Shown piece by piece: positions 45,293 through 61,607 of a stretch of 64,000 nt of DNA. The notes beneath the pieces were generated by a model. It saw nothing but the letters and a program-made list of their open reading frames with translations, was not told the DNA's origin and searched no databases. A program made the translations under genes and the position numbers. The stretch is taken from contig JBHGNT010000001.1 of assembly GCA_043228905.1 (NCBI GenBank), positions 28,954,001 through 29,018,000 of the forward strand, read 5' to 3'. The stretch is from Azolla caroliniana (taxonomy: Eukaryota; Plantae; Polypodiophyta). Position 1 is the stretch's first letter, and every line of letters begins with the position of its first letter.

Positions 45293-46288
45293 ATGGTGAC
45301 AGATTGCCCTTATGCTATTGAACACAATATAAGGGCCATTGGATATGCCGACCATAAATGGTATATTGATCCAATGATAGAGGAAATAAGGGCACATTGG
45401 AAGTCGTGGGTCTTGGCTAAAAATCCAGTATTTAGATTAGATTGGAACTCAATTATTTATCAATGGACATATCCTTTTATGGCTAACAAGTTCAATTTCT
45501 TCCAATATTTTGTACCGTTGGGAAGACATGTGCTTTCATACACACGTGATGTGTTACCGACTGCATTTCAATATTGGAATCAACAAGGTATTACTCCCCA
45601 AATCCTTGCAAACTTATGGGCTATCTTTTGGGCAAGAAAATAACCACACCAAATATTGCATGTGCAATGGTTACTTGTACACTGACCAAGCCTTGCCAGG
45701 ACACGTGATTGCATAGGATGGGAGTATCTTCTGGTTGTGCTCGATGCCATTTACAAACGGAAACTCAAAAACATTGTTTATGGGAATGCATTGAGTCTCA
45801 ACTGATATGGCATCGTCTCCTTAGAAATTTTGCTAACTATTTTCCCCCATTGGTTTTCACTTGGGGCATGGTGGTTTCGACATCACTTGTTCGTGATGCG
45901 TTCCATCGTGACACCGAATCTATGGACCATGGATTTTACACTAAATCTAGAAGTGTTCATACATCACCATTGCTATCATTATAGTTTTCAGGAATACGGA
46001 AGGAAGTCCAACCAATATGGGAGATATTGAGTAGTACCACTGTATATCACATCTAGAAGGCTTGGTGCTCTCTTGTTTTCCATCAACTTAAAACATCACC
46101 AGCTAAATTGGTTTCAAAAAATTGGTTAGACATAGTTCATACTCTGGAGGGTCAATGGGATGGTCTAGTTGAGATTCTGGTGCTAAAATTGCTCGACGAC
46201 ACGAGTTTCTTATCGTTTGGACAGCCACTCCATTCATTACATCCAATTACGACACTCCTTATTGGCATTTTCAGCCTCCAGGAAAAAA
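45293..46288 (+). mobile_element. 5'-truncated LINE (zf-RVT region)
   Basis: CARCHLQTETQKHCLWEC zinc motif, broken frames, A-rich end; TSD aaaca(t/c)gaacgttgt (45278-45292 and 46289-46303). Confidence 0.8.
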
Positions 46289-46519
46289 AAACACGAACGT
46301 TGTCCAATGGCTATCATGGACTAATATGGGAAGTGAGGTGATGCGATGGGAAAGAAGAGCACAAATGCATGTGAGGCGAGGTGGGGCATGATTAGTGGAG
46401 TATATGAGTTGAGTTAATAATTAGCATGGGTGGTGTTGTTGTGGGGCATCCCAACGATTGGTTCTGCGAGCGAGCGGGCGGGCGGGCGAGGGAGGGGGGG
46501 ACGGACAAATAGACACCCT

Positions 46520-46648
46520 TATATGTACATGGATGTATGTATGTATGTATGGATGGATGAATGTATGTATGTACATATGCATGCATGTATGTATGTACGG
46601 ATGTATGTACTAATGTATGGATGTATGTATGTACTAATGTATGTATGT
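46520..46648. repeat. Degenerate (TATG)n microsatellite
   Basis: Repeated gtat/gatg tetramers. Confidence 0.85.
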
Positions 46649-46828
46649 GTGGGGTGATGCGAGGCGCATCCATCCATCCATCCGAGGTAATGGGAATGCG
46701 TGAATTTGTGTCGGTCAATGTGTGGGATGGATAGCAATGGAAAGTAGTAGAGATTTCCACGTGTGTGCGTGTGGGACGTCGGATAAGGATCTAACGGTGA
46801 GGAGGCCAACCACGAAAGGCATTGCGGG

Positions 46829-46940
46829 TTTAGGGTTTACTATATATTTATCCAATTTATGCGTAAGCCCTAACTCTATAACGAAGCTTCGAACCCTAAT
46901 TCTCATCTGCCTTGTTCTGCGATTCGCGGGTACCTGCAGG
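46829..46940 (+). promoter_or_regulatory. EF1-alpha core promoter and 5' UTR exon
   Basis: Telo box TAGGGTTT 46831-46838, TATATATTTA 46841-46850, ACCCTAA near 46893, donor AG|GTAAGC at 46940 opening a 5' UTR intron that ends at 48180; this layout is typical of plant EF1A genes. Confidence 0.75.
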
Positions 46941-48098
46941 TAAGCTATGGCTCCTCCTTCTTCCTTCTTTTCTTTCTCTCCTCTGTTGCTGTTGGTTTCC
47001 CTTCCTTTCTGTCGCGGATTCTCCTTTCTCTTGCAACTACGGGCTTACTTTCATCTGTTATATGAACGTTTACGTGTATACCTTCGTTTGTCTCCTAAAA
47101 GAGAGAGCTTGCCAATGCTGACTCATTACCTTCAATCTGTTGTTATTGTCTCTAGCATTCCGTGCGAGAGAGACGAGCTTCAGATAATGTTTCGTTCTTC
47201 TCTCTTAAGTGGACGGATCTCTATGTTACTATTTTTTTTCTTCATCAAAACGAGGTCTTGATCTGATGATGCCTCGTATCTCTCCAATCTGATATTGGTA
47301 CTGATGATACTTCTCTCAAATCCAATCTGGTTTTGATCGGTTCATTTGTCTCAATAAGGGGATCTTCTCGATCTGTCCAGATTTAATCTCTTCATTGTCA
47401 TTCCAGTATGTTTTGATGCTTTGGTCTATCGTCCGTCTTAATCTCATGTTTCCGTAAGTTCTGATCTTAACATCCTCACCCATGTTAATGCATGGGTGGT
47501 TATTGAGTAAATATAAAAGGAAACCTTACAGCAAGAGTAGTTTTAGGTTTTGCGATATCGAAGTTTAAATCAGGGAAGAATCTTTCAGTGAATCATATTC
47601 TTTAGTAGATCTATTAAAGATCCCAGGATACGGAGGTAATATGTAAGTGGATGTTATGGATCAACCAGTAAATGATCGAGACTGTTGCAGTGGAGAAGGC
47701 TGTGGTTTAATTACGAGGAAGTGGAGAAGTCTTTTGGGGCAAAAATCTGCTTTCCTGTGGTTCCTAACCTTTGTTTAGATCTTACGTGTTTTGTTCTTCC
47801 TTTCTGCATCCATCGATTTGTTTTTATGGAATACGTTGCCTTTTTTGTGTCATCTTCTCACTGTTTGCCTCTTCTTTATACGCCCTGCATATTTCCTATG
47901 CTCGACTGTCAAACATCTTAGGAGCTAGTAACAGATTACCAGTTGCTAGATTTCCATTATTTCTTACTGATGGGCTTTTGCATTATCAAAATATATCTTT
48001 TGCGCCATTTATTTTTACATTGTTTTTTTGATGACTCGTAACAAATATTGTATTTGATTTAATGCACTTCATAATTCATGGTTAGGTTGAATGAATGA

Positions 48099-49829
<1,731 letters not shown>

Positions 49830-52232
49830 ATTATTGCTACTGCTACTGCTACTACTATCCAAGAGTGTCGTCTTGGTTTTACTTTTTTCATCTGTTTTTT
49901 CTTTGTTTGTGTTTGGGTAGTCCGTATGTTGTCATCAAGGGTCTTGCAGACTTGGGTTTTGGATCGACGGTGGCAGGGTTTTTTGTTTTTCTACTATAGT
50001 TATTTATCATTTGCTGTACTGGATGATCTATCAAGTATGAATTTCTAAATACATAATATTATTTAAATGAAATTCAAGTGTTTTTATGTTTTTATCATTG
50101 GCTACTAGAAATGCTTGATCAAGTATGATGAACATCATAGTAGTTTATTGCTTAAAAGTTTATTACAGTTTTGTGCTTGTGGTTTTGTTATTGAGGATGA
50201 TTCGACAGTCTAGATCTACTAATGTCTGCTGGAAAACATGATTTGTCTAGATCTACTATTGTCTGCTGTATGTCTTCATAGAAGTGAACAAATGTTTATG
50301 CAGATATCCTGACAAATGGTTGCGAGCTATATTCTGGGGTAAATTTGTGTGGGTTGTCTTGAGATGATGATAGTGTATTAATGGTGTTATTTGAGTTTGG
50401 TATTGTCTTTGATTGGGAGTTGCTGAAAAGATTTGATTTCAATAGATTGGCTTGTATGTCTTCAAAGAAGGTGACATTGTGTAATCTGACATGACATGCT
50501 GTGGGTTTCAGCTAAATTTTGGGGTTGGGTTTAGTCAATGTCTTCTGCAAATGTTGTATGGCCGCATGGTGTAATCTGATGGAAAAACTTCGTTAGATGT
50601 GCAATTCTTAGAATATGACTTCTTAGTTTAAATGGTTGAATGTTTGATTAAATCATTCACAACGTTCAAATGTTTGTAGGTTATGCCAAACATTTTATTC
50701 ATTACATTTGTATGTCTGATTTTTGAATGAATGTGTGTATTCTGAAAGGGTTGTGATAAAGTCCTTTGACTTTGCAAGGAGAGGATATAAGACGTCTTGT
50801 AGAATGCTTGCTACACACTTATTCTAATGAAGAAAATGTCTTGTGTTGGAGACTTAGTAGTTGTCTTCTGAACTTGGTGTTGTGAATGGTTGCCAACTAT
50901 CTACGACCAATAAGATCGAAAGGTTCTACCTTTAGAGAGAAGGGAAGCTGAACCCTTTTATGTGAAGTCTTTCCTTTCTTTATGCTTTGTCCTTTTTTTT
51001 ATCTTGCTTTGCTTTTGCGAATTTTGTTTGAAGTTGTATTTCAAAGTATCATTCACTAAGTGATTTTCTTTGTGCCTTCAATTTGTTTGTCCTTCACCAT
51101 TGTGATGAAATGGTTGGTTTTCATTTGTTTGTTGCATTTTCTCATTGGATATTTTGGAAAAATACTTCATTCCTCCCTAACACATTCGTACAAGTACATA
51201 GTCTTATCTTTTGGTGTTTGTAGATGAGAACACACCTCTATTCTTATAGTTGAGACTCAACTTCAACTTGAGAGCACCATAAACAAACACAACATTATAG
51301 TAATTACAATTTGGTCAAAAGGTTGCATCCTAAAAGAGATTGTAAACACTAATATGCATTTCTTTAGTGATATGTACTTGGAGACAACACGAAAGATTTG
51401 GGGGGGTGATGATCCCCTTATCTACATAATCCATGGTGCATTGATATGCACGTGATGGCACGCATCATATTAAAAGGGTTCTAATTGTAGAGGACAACAT
51501 CAAGTTTTGGCACAAGGACATTAAATAATTTCTTTCTCACATTGTTGTGGCACATCACCATTAAATCATTGCTTTCTCACATTGTTGTGGTCAATTCTCA
51601 TATTATGAAGATAGACAATGACAATGAGTTACTCAAATGATTTCAACCCCCCCCCCCCAAATGAAATACGAAAGTGTGTCACATTTAAAGCTCAACACAA
51701 GGTATTGGTATAATTTAGGGAAATCAAGGACTATTTGTGATGGCAAATTGCAACTAGGTAGTCATGTGAACCCAATACCAAGTGCATAATGTGAATTCAA
51801 CAGAAGAAAGGTATCGGGGAGAATCGACGAGGATCAGAAAATGACCTATTCGATGGCAGGTGTGTAATCTCATGTGAACCTAACATATAAAAGTATAACT
51901 ACCTAACATAGAAAAGTACATAGTTATGAGGAGAGTACTAACTTGGAATGCATCCCATTGGCTATTTTGAGCATTGACATCAACCTAGTAGTAGTACTAA
52001 AAAGATAAAACACGAAAAAAAATAGTGTGATATGATGACCCCAAATCATAACGCATGGACACTTGGAAGACATGCAAAGAACCCAAGTCTATAATATAAG
52101 AATGTTAGCAATGTTCTTTACAGCACTGTGTGTATCGTTTGCTAATGATTCAGTGATTAAGAGAATTATAAGAGTATTTACTTCTAGATCTTTTAGATTA
52201 TATATTATTTTCATTAATAACACTTCATAATC

Positions 52233-53394
52233 ATGCCTGGCTTGACGCTTGGTGATACCATCCCGAATGTGGAAGCCGATTCGACTGTCGGACACCTCAA
52301 GCTCTACGATTACGTGGGCGATAATTGGGCCATCATTTTCTCTCACCCTGGTATGGTAGTGCTTCCTTCTTCAATTCAAAGATCCGACTATATTTCATTT
52401 CATTACTTAAAATGCTAAAAATGGCTCCATACATTCATTATTTTTCTCTTAATGCATAAATTGGATAAAGAAAATGTGAACATAGGGGCTAATAATATAT
52501 AGAAACTATTTGTATAATTGGAAGTAAATAGTAGTAATATATATACATATATATATTTTCATAACCAATTGTGGCAGCCGATTTCACACCCGTGTGTACT
52601 ACGGAGTTGGGGAGCGTGGCCAAATATGTTCCCGAATTTGAGAAGCGGAACGTGAGAGTGGTCGGGATCTCCAACGATTCCGTCGACCAACACAAGTCTT
52701 GGATCAAGGACATCGAGGCCTTCTCGGTAAATGAAAGCAATCCTCTCTCTCTCTATATATATATATTGTTGACCAAAGGTTCTTGCTTGATCTGTTTCCT
52801 TGTTTTTTTATTGTTATGTAGCCCGGGGTTTCGATCAGCTATCCTATCCTCGCGGACCTTGACAGGAAGATAACCTCGCAACTCAACATGACGGATCCCG
52901 ACGAGAAGGATGCATCTGGCAATCCTCGGCCTTCTCGGGCCCTTCATGTCATGGGTCCCGACAAGACGGTAAAAAAAACCATCTCTTTTTATTATTATTC
53001 CAATCACGATAAAATAAAAAAGAACCAAGGTTCCTTAAGAGATTTTTTTAAAAGGTGGAAAAATCCTAAACCCTAAACCCTACCAATTGTTTCCCAACAC
53101 CAACTCCGACTACTTTAGATTTTTATACCCAATACGCTTTATATATAGGTAAAATTGAGCTTCCTTTACCCGGCGACGACCGGGAGGAACTTTGAGGAGG
53201 TGATTAGATGCTTGGATGCTCTTCTATTGAGTGCAAAGAAGAAGGTGGCTACGCCGGCTAACTGGAAGCCGGGGCAACCCGTGTTGATCTCGCCCTCGGT
53301 CTCGGATGAGGAGGCCAAGACGATGTTCAAGAGCTATGATAAGGTGGATTTGCCGTCGGGCAAAGGCTATATCCGCTTCACTACGGATGTCTAG
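52233..53394 (+). CDS. PER1: 1-Cys peroxiredoxin, 219 aa, 4 exons
   Basis: Exons 52233-52350, 52578-52726, 52822-52968, 53149-53394; [27 protein letters not shown] and ATPANWKPG. Confidence 0.96.
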
Positions 53395-53468
53395 ACAAAT
53401 GATAGGATTCCTCCCCCTCCCCTTTCTCTTCTATTTTCAAACATAAAAAGAGATCATTATTATGTTGT

Positions 53469-53548
53469 TAAAAAAAAAGAATATAAACATCCCAAACCCA
53501 TGGGCAGTTAAAAAAAAAGAATATAAACACCCCAAACCCATGGGCAGG
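53469..53548. repeat. Tandem ~40 bp duplication in the Prx 3' region
   Basis: aaaaaaaagaatataaaca(t/c)cccaaacccatgggcag occurs twice. Confidence 0.8.
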
Positions 53549-56500
53549 CAAAGACATTTTGATTCAATAAGCACAGAAGTTGTTTTCTTGTTGGTAGGGT
53601 AAGACATTTTCTGTTGTGAATATAATAAAAGAGAGAACAAACTCTATATTTCATAAAAAGAGAAATATGACCCCATGTTTGGTTTGGAAAGGCCCATTAA
53701 GTAACTTCTTTCTGCTCTTTAGAAATATGACCCCATGCGTGGAACCCATCAGTACCTTCTTTTTTGCTCTTTAAGGGTGTCAAATAAATCTTTCTAATTT
53801 TGCTCTTTAGCTTATCAGTAGGCAAATAGACACTTTGATACCTCCATATTTAATAAAAAGAGAAATCATATGGCCCCATGTTTGAGAAGGCCCAGAAGTA
53901 TTTCTTTTTTGCTCTTTAGCTTGTCATTAGGCAAATAGACACTTTGCTAATGCGACACTTAGTAAGCTTTCAATACTACTTTGTCATGTTACTATCCATC
54001 CAAAGTAAATTCTATTTTGTCAATAGGCAAATAGACAGTTAATGCTTTGTTAGAATATGATATGTCGAAGGATCTCAAGGTCTTATCAGAATATTCAAGA
54101 ATTCAAGAAATGTTAGTATGATAATCATATAGATAAAGACAAACAATAGAAGCATTATTATGTCCATAGGTCTATCAGAATATTCAAGAAACGTGAATAT
54201 GATTATCATGTAGACAAAGACAAACCATAAAAGCATTATACGTCGATATCAATCTTGAGACCCGTTAGGTAAGCAATGGTCCACTTCATTATTTGTATCT
54301 TCTCCATATCAGTATTTTGAGACAAGTTAGTATTCATTATTTGTATCCTATGATTAATAGATGTCTTTGATTTAACCAATCAATGTGGCATAAAAGTGTC
54401 AAAGACATTGTGATGGTGTAGGAACCAATTGGGGTATTGGGCATAAGAGATTTTGGAGGCGCATGAGGGTCCCTTAGCTAGAGAGGCTACAAGATTCTAA
54501 CAACCTTCTTGGCATGCTCAATTAGCTATCAACCTAGCCTTGCTAGGCTCTCAACTATTATAGGGGTCCAATTTTTTTTCTTGTTGGTTAGTGTGGCTTG
54601 TTATTGTTGTAACCAGCATTAATTTAATAATTTGGTCATGGATTTGATTTGATTGTTTTTTACTTTTTCTTAATGATGTGTATACATTTTTGCTCCAATT
54701 ATTATTAACAAGTATTTGTTGATCTTGCTAAACCTTTTTGCTATTAGCAAGTTGCCTTGTTGACACACATCACATAGGATTTATTTGCAAATTCTTGTTC
54801 CTAAGTTAAACTTGCAAGTTACCTTGTTGACACACATCACATAAGATTTATTTGCAAATTCTCGTTAAAAACTTGCTTCCCCCCATGTAGTAACACGAGA
54901 TGACATCAAATTGTGGATTGATATTAGAAACGTAGTTTAACTACTATAAGTTGCCCACTTGAGGTAAGTGATATTTTTATCTACTTTTTAATATATCAAC
55001 ACGCATGATACACGAGAAATCCCCATCTCTTTTGAGACTGTCAAACATAAGAAGAGCATAATGTGTTATATTATATTTTGGACGAGAAGAGTGAAGAGTG
55101 TGTAAGAATCTTCATCATTCAATCTACGAGGAAGCTCTAAAATATTGGATGTGTAGTGCATGGAAAAAGTTTAGATACACGAAACCCCTCTATAATCCTT
55201 TGGCTTCACTACACGAAAGAAGTTTTGACACATGATGAAATACATTAAGTCCTAGTTGTTTGTCCTTCGGCTTCCTCCTCAAGTCTAGAATTGCATCATT
55301 GGCCATTGTAAAGTCATTGAATTTGCCAATTGTGGCATTATGTATGATTATGTTTCATCGTCTCCATTCATGTCCATGTGTGAATCATCACAAAACTCAC
55401 GCACAAAGGAAGGTTAGCAGGTGTACACAAAATAAGAGCTCCTTGACCCTACATATCGAAGAGGTTATGTACATTTTACTTGGAGATTGTCTTATATCAA
55501 AACAAACCTTTACGATTCCCCCAGTGACTAGTTTTCGAAAGAAAGATCATTGAAATCTGGATCTATTAATAATGCGAAACCATGTTCTACTTTCGCCACG
55601 CTCACCAAAACCAACTCCAAGAATCATAAATCAATGCGTCATTAAATTTACTAGAAGTGAGGAGGTATTCACATTCAAACAAAAGTGTGTGACTTTTTCA
55701 TGTGGTCGCTCCTTGAGATTAGGTTATATAACTATTTTGTCACATGGTCGCTCCTCGAGATTAGGTTATATAACTATTTAAACATTTGGTTATTATATCA
55801 TGAAGGGATGTATTTAAAATGAATCACATTTTAATACCAGATTATATTGACTACAAGAGAACGATCTCGTTTCAAGGTTCCCTCTAATGCATGTAAAAGT
55901 ATAATTTGTTGTAGTAAAGAGAGTTTGAAACAAGCATCAGATAAGTTTTTGCCTACCAAGTTTTTATATAGTTCCAAACTTTTTGATGCTTTTTCTTTTG
56001 GTGATACATTTATTCCTAGTGGGAAACCTTAATGTGAAGGTAAAAAACCATAGAAAATAAAAATAGGCAGAATATCAATTCTTAGAGTACTGAAAATAAA
56101 GCTCAAACATCTTTTCTCTTCAAATTGGACACAATCACAAAGAAATTGTTCCAAATACCACTTTGGAAAACAAGTTCTCAAAGTCAACAAGATGTGATGG
56201 ACCAAATACCACATGATTATGAGTTATATTCACTAAAAGAGATCAACATGTTTTTAGGAATCCTCATAATGCACATATCTATAATTTGTCATATTGTGAG
56301 GAAGTCCAACAACAAGCATCAATTAAATTTCTACCAAATTCTTATATAAGACCTTTATATCACTGGTGGGCAACCTCAAAATTTGATGCTCAAAAGTACT
56401 TAAAAATAAAACTGAAATAATTTTAGAAGGATGTCTTCAAATTGAACACAATCGTAAAGAGATTGTTTCAAAGAGCTTTGAGAAACAAAAGTTAACAAGA

Positions 56501-57140
56501 CATTATTGACCAAATACCACATGATTGTTATCCGAATGAATGCTCAAAATGCTCAAAATGTGATCAATACAACCATATGATTTTCCAAATCATATCAGCA
56601 TAAGTCAAAGATTGACCTTGAGTGTTTATTTGGAATTAGCACAAATTTTTTTGGCACTCCAAACAAACAACAATAATTAAAACGATGGAAATTGGGGCAA
56701 TTATAGTGTGGGAACCTTAGGGTTGGGATCTAAGCTTTCAATTCTAGTGTTTTGTCACTTATGAATTACATTAATGGTTGGAAATGTAAGGTTTGCGATG
56801 TAGTGTGCATTGTATCACGAAAGATGCAAGGTCAATCTCTCTAGGTTTACGATTTGTAGAATAAGGATTAGGTTTAAGGCATAAGTTAACGTTGAACTAT
56901 ACCATGAACACTACAAAGAACAAACCCTACCCTGCAATTAGTCCCAATGAAACTCTTGAACATTATCCTCGAATCTCAAATTGCAAATCTTAAGGAAAAA
57001 CACTAAACTTATCTAGTTTACATAAGTAGCTTAAACATCATGCTTATGCATTTTTTTATATATATATTTTCTATTCTAAACAAGATATCCTTCCATTAGT
57101 TTTAAAAAGCATATCTGCTACAAAATACAGCCCACTTATT

Positions 57141-57811
57141 TTACAAAAATGAGAGATGATTAGGAGAAGCCTCCACTATGTGACTTTCAGCATACATGCT
57201 TGACATCAATGCATATCCTACTATTGTATCCGGATCCAATTTCATAACTTCATTCGAGCATAATTTCCCCCTATCTATATTGCCAAAGCATGTACATGCT
57301 ATCAATAAGGTCAACCAATAACCCACATTTGTTGCTCAAATGTTTCAAAGCTGAAAAACCTTCACTATTCCGCACATACCCAGAGATCATTGCGTTGTAA
57401 GACACCACATCGCGATTATGCTGCAACACAGAATGTTTCTTCTAGGTTTCCACATGTAAAATACATGCACATATCATATGTCATGGCTATGCAAAGCTGA
57501 AAAACCTTTATAGAGGGAATGATGTCCAAAGCATTCACTCACATATTGCAGATATTTATCATCAATCACATTCCGTACAAATGCCTGGTGTAATCCAGTT
57601 ACAACATCCTTCTTCTCAGCCTTTTATTGCTTGTTGTATCTTTTGCTTGCTTTACTAATGCCTTTACTAAGGCAGTGAATGTTTCTTCCAGGTTTCCACA
57701 TGTAAAATACATGCACATATCATATGTCATGGCTGTGCAAAGCTGAAAAACCTTTATAGAGGGAATGATGTCCAAAGCATTCAATCACTCACATATTGTA
57801 GATATTTATCA
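57141..57811 (-). pseudogene. PPR gene remnant (E region) with internal duplication
   Basis: YWLTLLIACTCFGNIDRGKLCSNEVMKLDPDTIVGYALMSSMYAE resembles an E motif; MYFTCGNLEET is PPR-like; ~57431-57562 is repeated at ~57677-57811. Confidence 0.7.
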
Positions 57812-58154
57812 TGCTTATGCATTTGATTCGAGGATTTCATCAATAGTAGGCTCATGATCTAGAACCAATAATTTGCCTACAAAGTCAAAACATTTACTTT
57901 GTGCTTTAGCTAGCATATCTTGTTTTTGTGGTTTGTTGAACTACCTTATCTTCTTTCTTGTATGATATTGCCCATGCTTTTGTATGAATAACGGAAGGCA
58001 CATACAAGGAGAAAGAAAATGCAGCACATCATGATAATGTTTAATGGTACAACATTGATTTTATTATGTTATTGCCCATGTTGGCATTGCGAGACATAAT
58101 TTGTTCTCGACATTTACTTCTAAAATTTGCTTGAAATCCCACAAGTTCTTGTAA

Positions 58155-58600
58155 TGGCTAGGATTTCACTATTTCAAAAGTGCTAGATTATCATATGATT
58201 TTCGACCCATCATTAGTACCACAAATTCAAACATTTTGCAAAAATTGTTGAAACCTCCAATAATATAAAGTAGCATTGGAAATATCTACACTCATCATGG
58301 CTAGGATTTTGCTATTTCAAAAGCGCTAGCTTATACTTATTTCATACGCATCATTAGTACCATAAATTCGGAAATTTCGCAAAAATTGTCAAAGCTTCCC
58401 ACAATATAAAGTAGCATTAGAAATATCTACATTTTTCATCAAACTTATTGACATTTTGCTATTTCTAAAGCGCTAGGTTATCCTTATTTCATACACATCA
58501 TTAGTACCATAAATTCAGACACTTTGCAAAAATTGTCGAAACCGCCAACAATATAAAGTAGTATTAGAAATATCTACATTTTTCATCAAACTTTCTGACA
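58155..58600. repeat. Three-copy tandem repeat, ~140 bp unit
   Basis: ctattt...aaagcgctag...catcattagtacca...caaaaattg...aatataaagtag(c/t)att(g/a)gaaatatctaca recurs three times. Confidence 0.8.
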
Positions 58601-59604
58601 TAAAGTCAGCATGAAAACATGTGCATGATGAGAAATTGCCCATTTTGTTGTGGTGCCATTATTGTGCATAGTGTGCTTGATGACTAAAAGTTGTGTTTGG
58701 ACTATAAATTATGCATAGTGTTTTGAGAGACTATATTGAAGTTTGTAAGGAGACCTTGTGTCAAAGCTTCTTATTATGTTGTTACATTTACTATCTTATG
58801 CTTTCTAAAATTAAGTTGGCTTAAAGTATTTTTATGGCTTCCTAACTCATTTGTTAAACATCCATGCACTTTTCACCTAACTAAGAAAGGGTTGGTGATC
58901 ACCAATTTAAGGTGACATTGGCTTTTCAATTCTCCTTTTTATTTAAAAATGAACATTGTTAGAAAGATTGTTTCACTAATATTTTATCATCAATATTCAA
59001 TTATACACATTGGTCGGAGTAAGACACATCTGAAAGGCTTCCATAGATTAGTGAGAATGTTTTAATTAATTTTGAACACATAGTTGGTCGAAATGTTTTT
59101 TGTTTTTTTCAAAAAACGATACTACATTAGTATTAGAATACGCCGTAAGGCTATACATAACAAGATATACCACATATCCCTTTTTTTCCTAAATTCTAAC
59201 CATCAGCTTAAATAAATACTTTGGTGTAGAGTAAAACCACTCCACCTTATCATCAGAAAGCGTCTATAAAATATGTATACATTATACATATGTCCCAGAT
59301 GGCATGAAACTCCAATTGCTTAAGCTCCGCTTGGTGCGTATTACCTCTTATACTATCCAACAAACCTTTGAGATTATGCACAAACTTTGTCCAAATTCTA
59401 TAATTTATTTGGTCAAAATGTTATTTAACTCATTTCTATAATAAGTTTTAACTTTCATTCAATCAAGATGATGATTAAGTAATTCATTACCGAAACATTT
59501 ATCGCATCTTGGACATGAAAAGATGAAATTTGTTGAGATTTCTAATGAAACATAATGTAATATTGTCAATATTCACAAGCTAATGAAGTCTTTCGTTGTG
59601 CCCC

Positions 59605-60284
59605 TCTTTTTTTTACCAAAAAAACACTACTTCACATTAGTTAGCAAATGGAATACAATAGAGTTTACCCTAATCCACACTGGGATCAACATATACAACT
59701 TAGAGGAACAACTCCAAAACTATCAAACAAAAACAACAAAAACTCACTTGACCCTTAACTCCAACAAAACTAAAATAAACCCCATTTTACCCCGACTCTA
59801 CATCTCCCAACCAACTCTTTTCTAGCAACATTATCCGGGTAACATGACTATACTAACCCACTTTTGCTTCAGCTATACATACATAATTACAACCGATGTA
59901 CAATATTGGGTGCCATCGGTGAATACAACCACCTAAGCGCCTGGTAATTCCACTTAGGCCTCGACGAAGATTTGACCATCATGGGAGAACCACTCCATTT
60001 TAGCAAGAACTTTGACCTTGCCCTTTCTACTTCTTCCGATTCCCCCTGAATCGAATCATATTGACTGCGCAACCAAGCCACAAGCTCAAACTAGATATTT
60101 AACAACACCTCCCCACATGAGAGCTTTTGCTACTGAAAAACAAACTTACAACGCCTGATCCAGATGTGCCAGACCGTTAAACACACCATCATAAGACAAA
60201 TCTCCTCAAAAAATTCAGAATTTGTGCCCGGTCTCACCCCATCATATTGGAACACGCCACCACCCTACACTATAAATTCATGTC
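59605..60284 (-). mobile_element. 5'-truncated LINE 3' fragment
   Basis: T tract on the left; ORF2 C-terminal-like WLRSQYDSIQGESEEVERARSKFLLKW; imperfect TSD ttt(c/g)gttgtgccc. Confidence 0.65.
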
Positions 60285-60509
60285 CTTTGGTTGTGCCCTT
60301 AGCATTATTTTTCTAGAAAACTTATATGTCCATATGCTATGTGTTTGTTTTACAAAATATGACACATTAATAGTTGTCATAATATTAAAATTCAACCTCA
60401 AATTATGTATCATAAGAGTAAGGAACTTTTCTTAAACTTAGGGAACCCGGAGCACCAAAAAAACACTCATATTGTTTTTTTTCCATAAAAAATATCCTCC
60501 ATTGGTATT

Positions 60510-61422
60510 TTTTTTTCCAAAAAAAAATTACTTTCATTAGTTAAGGCAATGTACATAGGATAATATACAACTCATATCTTACATGCCAACTTGCATGTCG
60601 AAAAGAAAACAACATGTGTAAAGGAAACAACAAAAAAAACCCCAAAACACCACATTATTCGATGAGCATAGCATTACTCGACACATACCCTCCACGTGAG
60701 CCTCATACAACCCAAATTCAACATAGCCATCCTCCACTCTCTTCTCATGGTAGCACCCATCTATATGTTAGGCACACTCAGAGGGAACAACCACCGTGGT
60801 GGTTGATAATTCCACTTCGCTTTGCCATCCACCATTTGCAGCATTGAAGAACTGCTCCATTTTAGAAGGAACCGAGCTCTAGCTTCTTCACTTGCGTCTG
60901 AGGACCCTTGAAGGCTTTCAAACTCTCCTCATAATGTAAAAATAAGATTAAACCAGATCATCATTAAACTCTCAGTCGGGGGGGTTCTCTTACCTGAGAA
61001 GGTCTCCTTGCACCTAGATACCCACACTTGCCAAACCGTAAGGCCGACCACTAATAATCATATGTCCACGTAGTGTTCCTGTATGTAGAATGAACCTCCT
61101 TGCGCTGGTTGTACAGTCCCTTGCATCACCTTTAAAGAAGGACTATTTCCATTCCACCCTTGAAACCACGCGGCCGATTTAGTGGCCAACCAAATGATTG
61201 TTGCGCTCGATACACCCGAATCGAGCCAATATTCTTAAGCTCCTTAGCCAAACTTCTTGGGCTCGTGGGCAACTCCACAAACAATGTGCGATGTCCTCCA
61301 AGCTTGCACTGTAGGCCTTGCAACTACTCATGCCACCTCTTTTCCCAAGCCACTCTCTAGTTGGAATAGCCCGATGGGTGATTAACCAGAAAAACACTTT
61401 GACCCGCTCCTGCTCCTGGTTC
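60510..61422 (-). mobile_element. 5'-truncated LINE (zf-RVT region)
   Basis: FFWLITHRAIPTREWL...CKA...EDIAHCLWSCPRAQEVW; T tract on the left; 17-bp TSD tatcctccattggtatt (60493-60509 and 61423-61439). Confidence 0.85.
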
Positions 61423-61607
61423 TATCCTCCATTGGTATTAAAAATAAAGTAAATAGTATACATATATTGTCTTGCATATGTTCAAACCTATGTAATACAA
61501 CCCTCAACTAGTCGCGCTACTTCAAGAATCTTGTTATGCTTTTATTAATGCCAAGCAATTGGCAATGAGGCTATAGTACAATTGTTGTTATAAATGAAGA
61601 ACACTAT

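Noticed and set aside
53064-53083. CCTAAACCCTAAACCCTA as an interstitial telomere
   Set aside because: Only 2-3 units inside a Prx intron; consistent with ordinary telo boxes.
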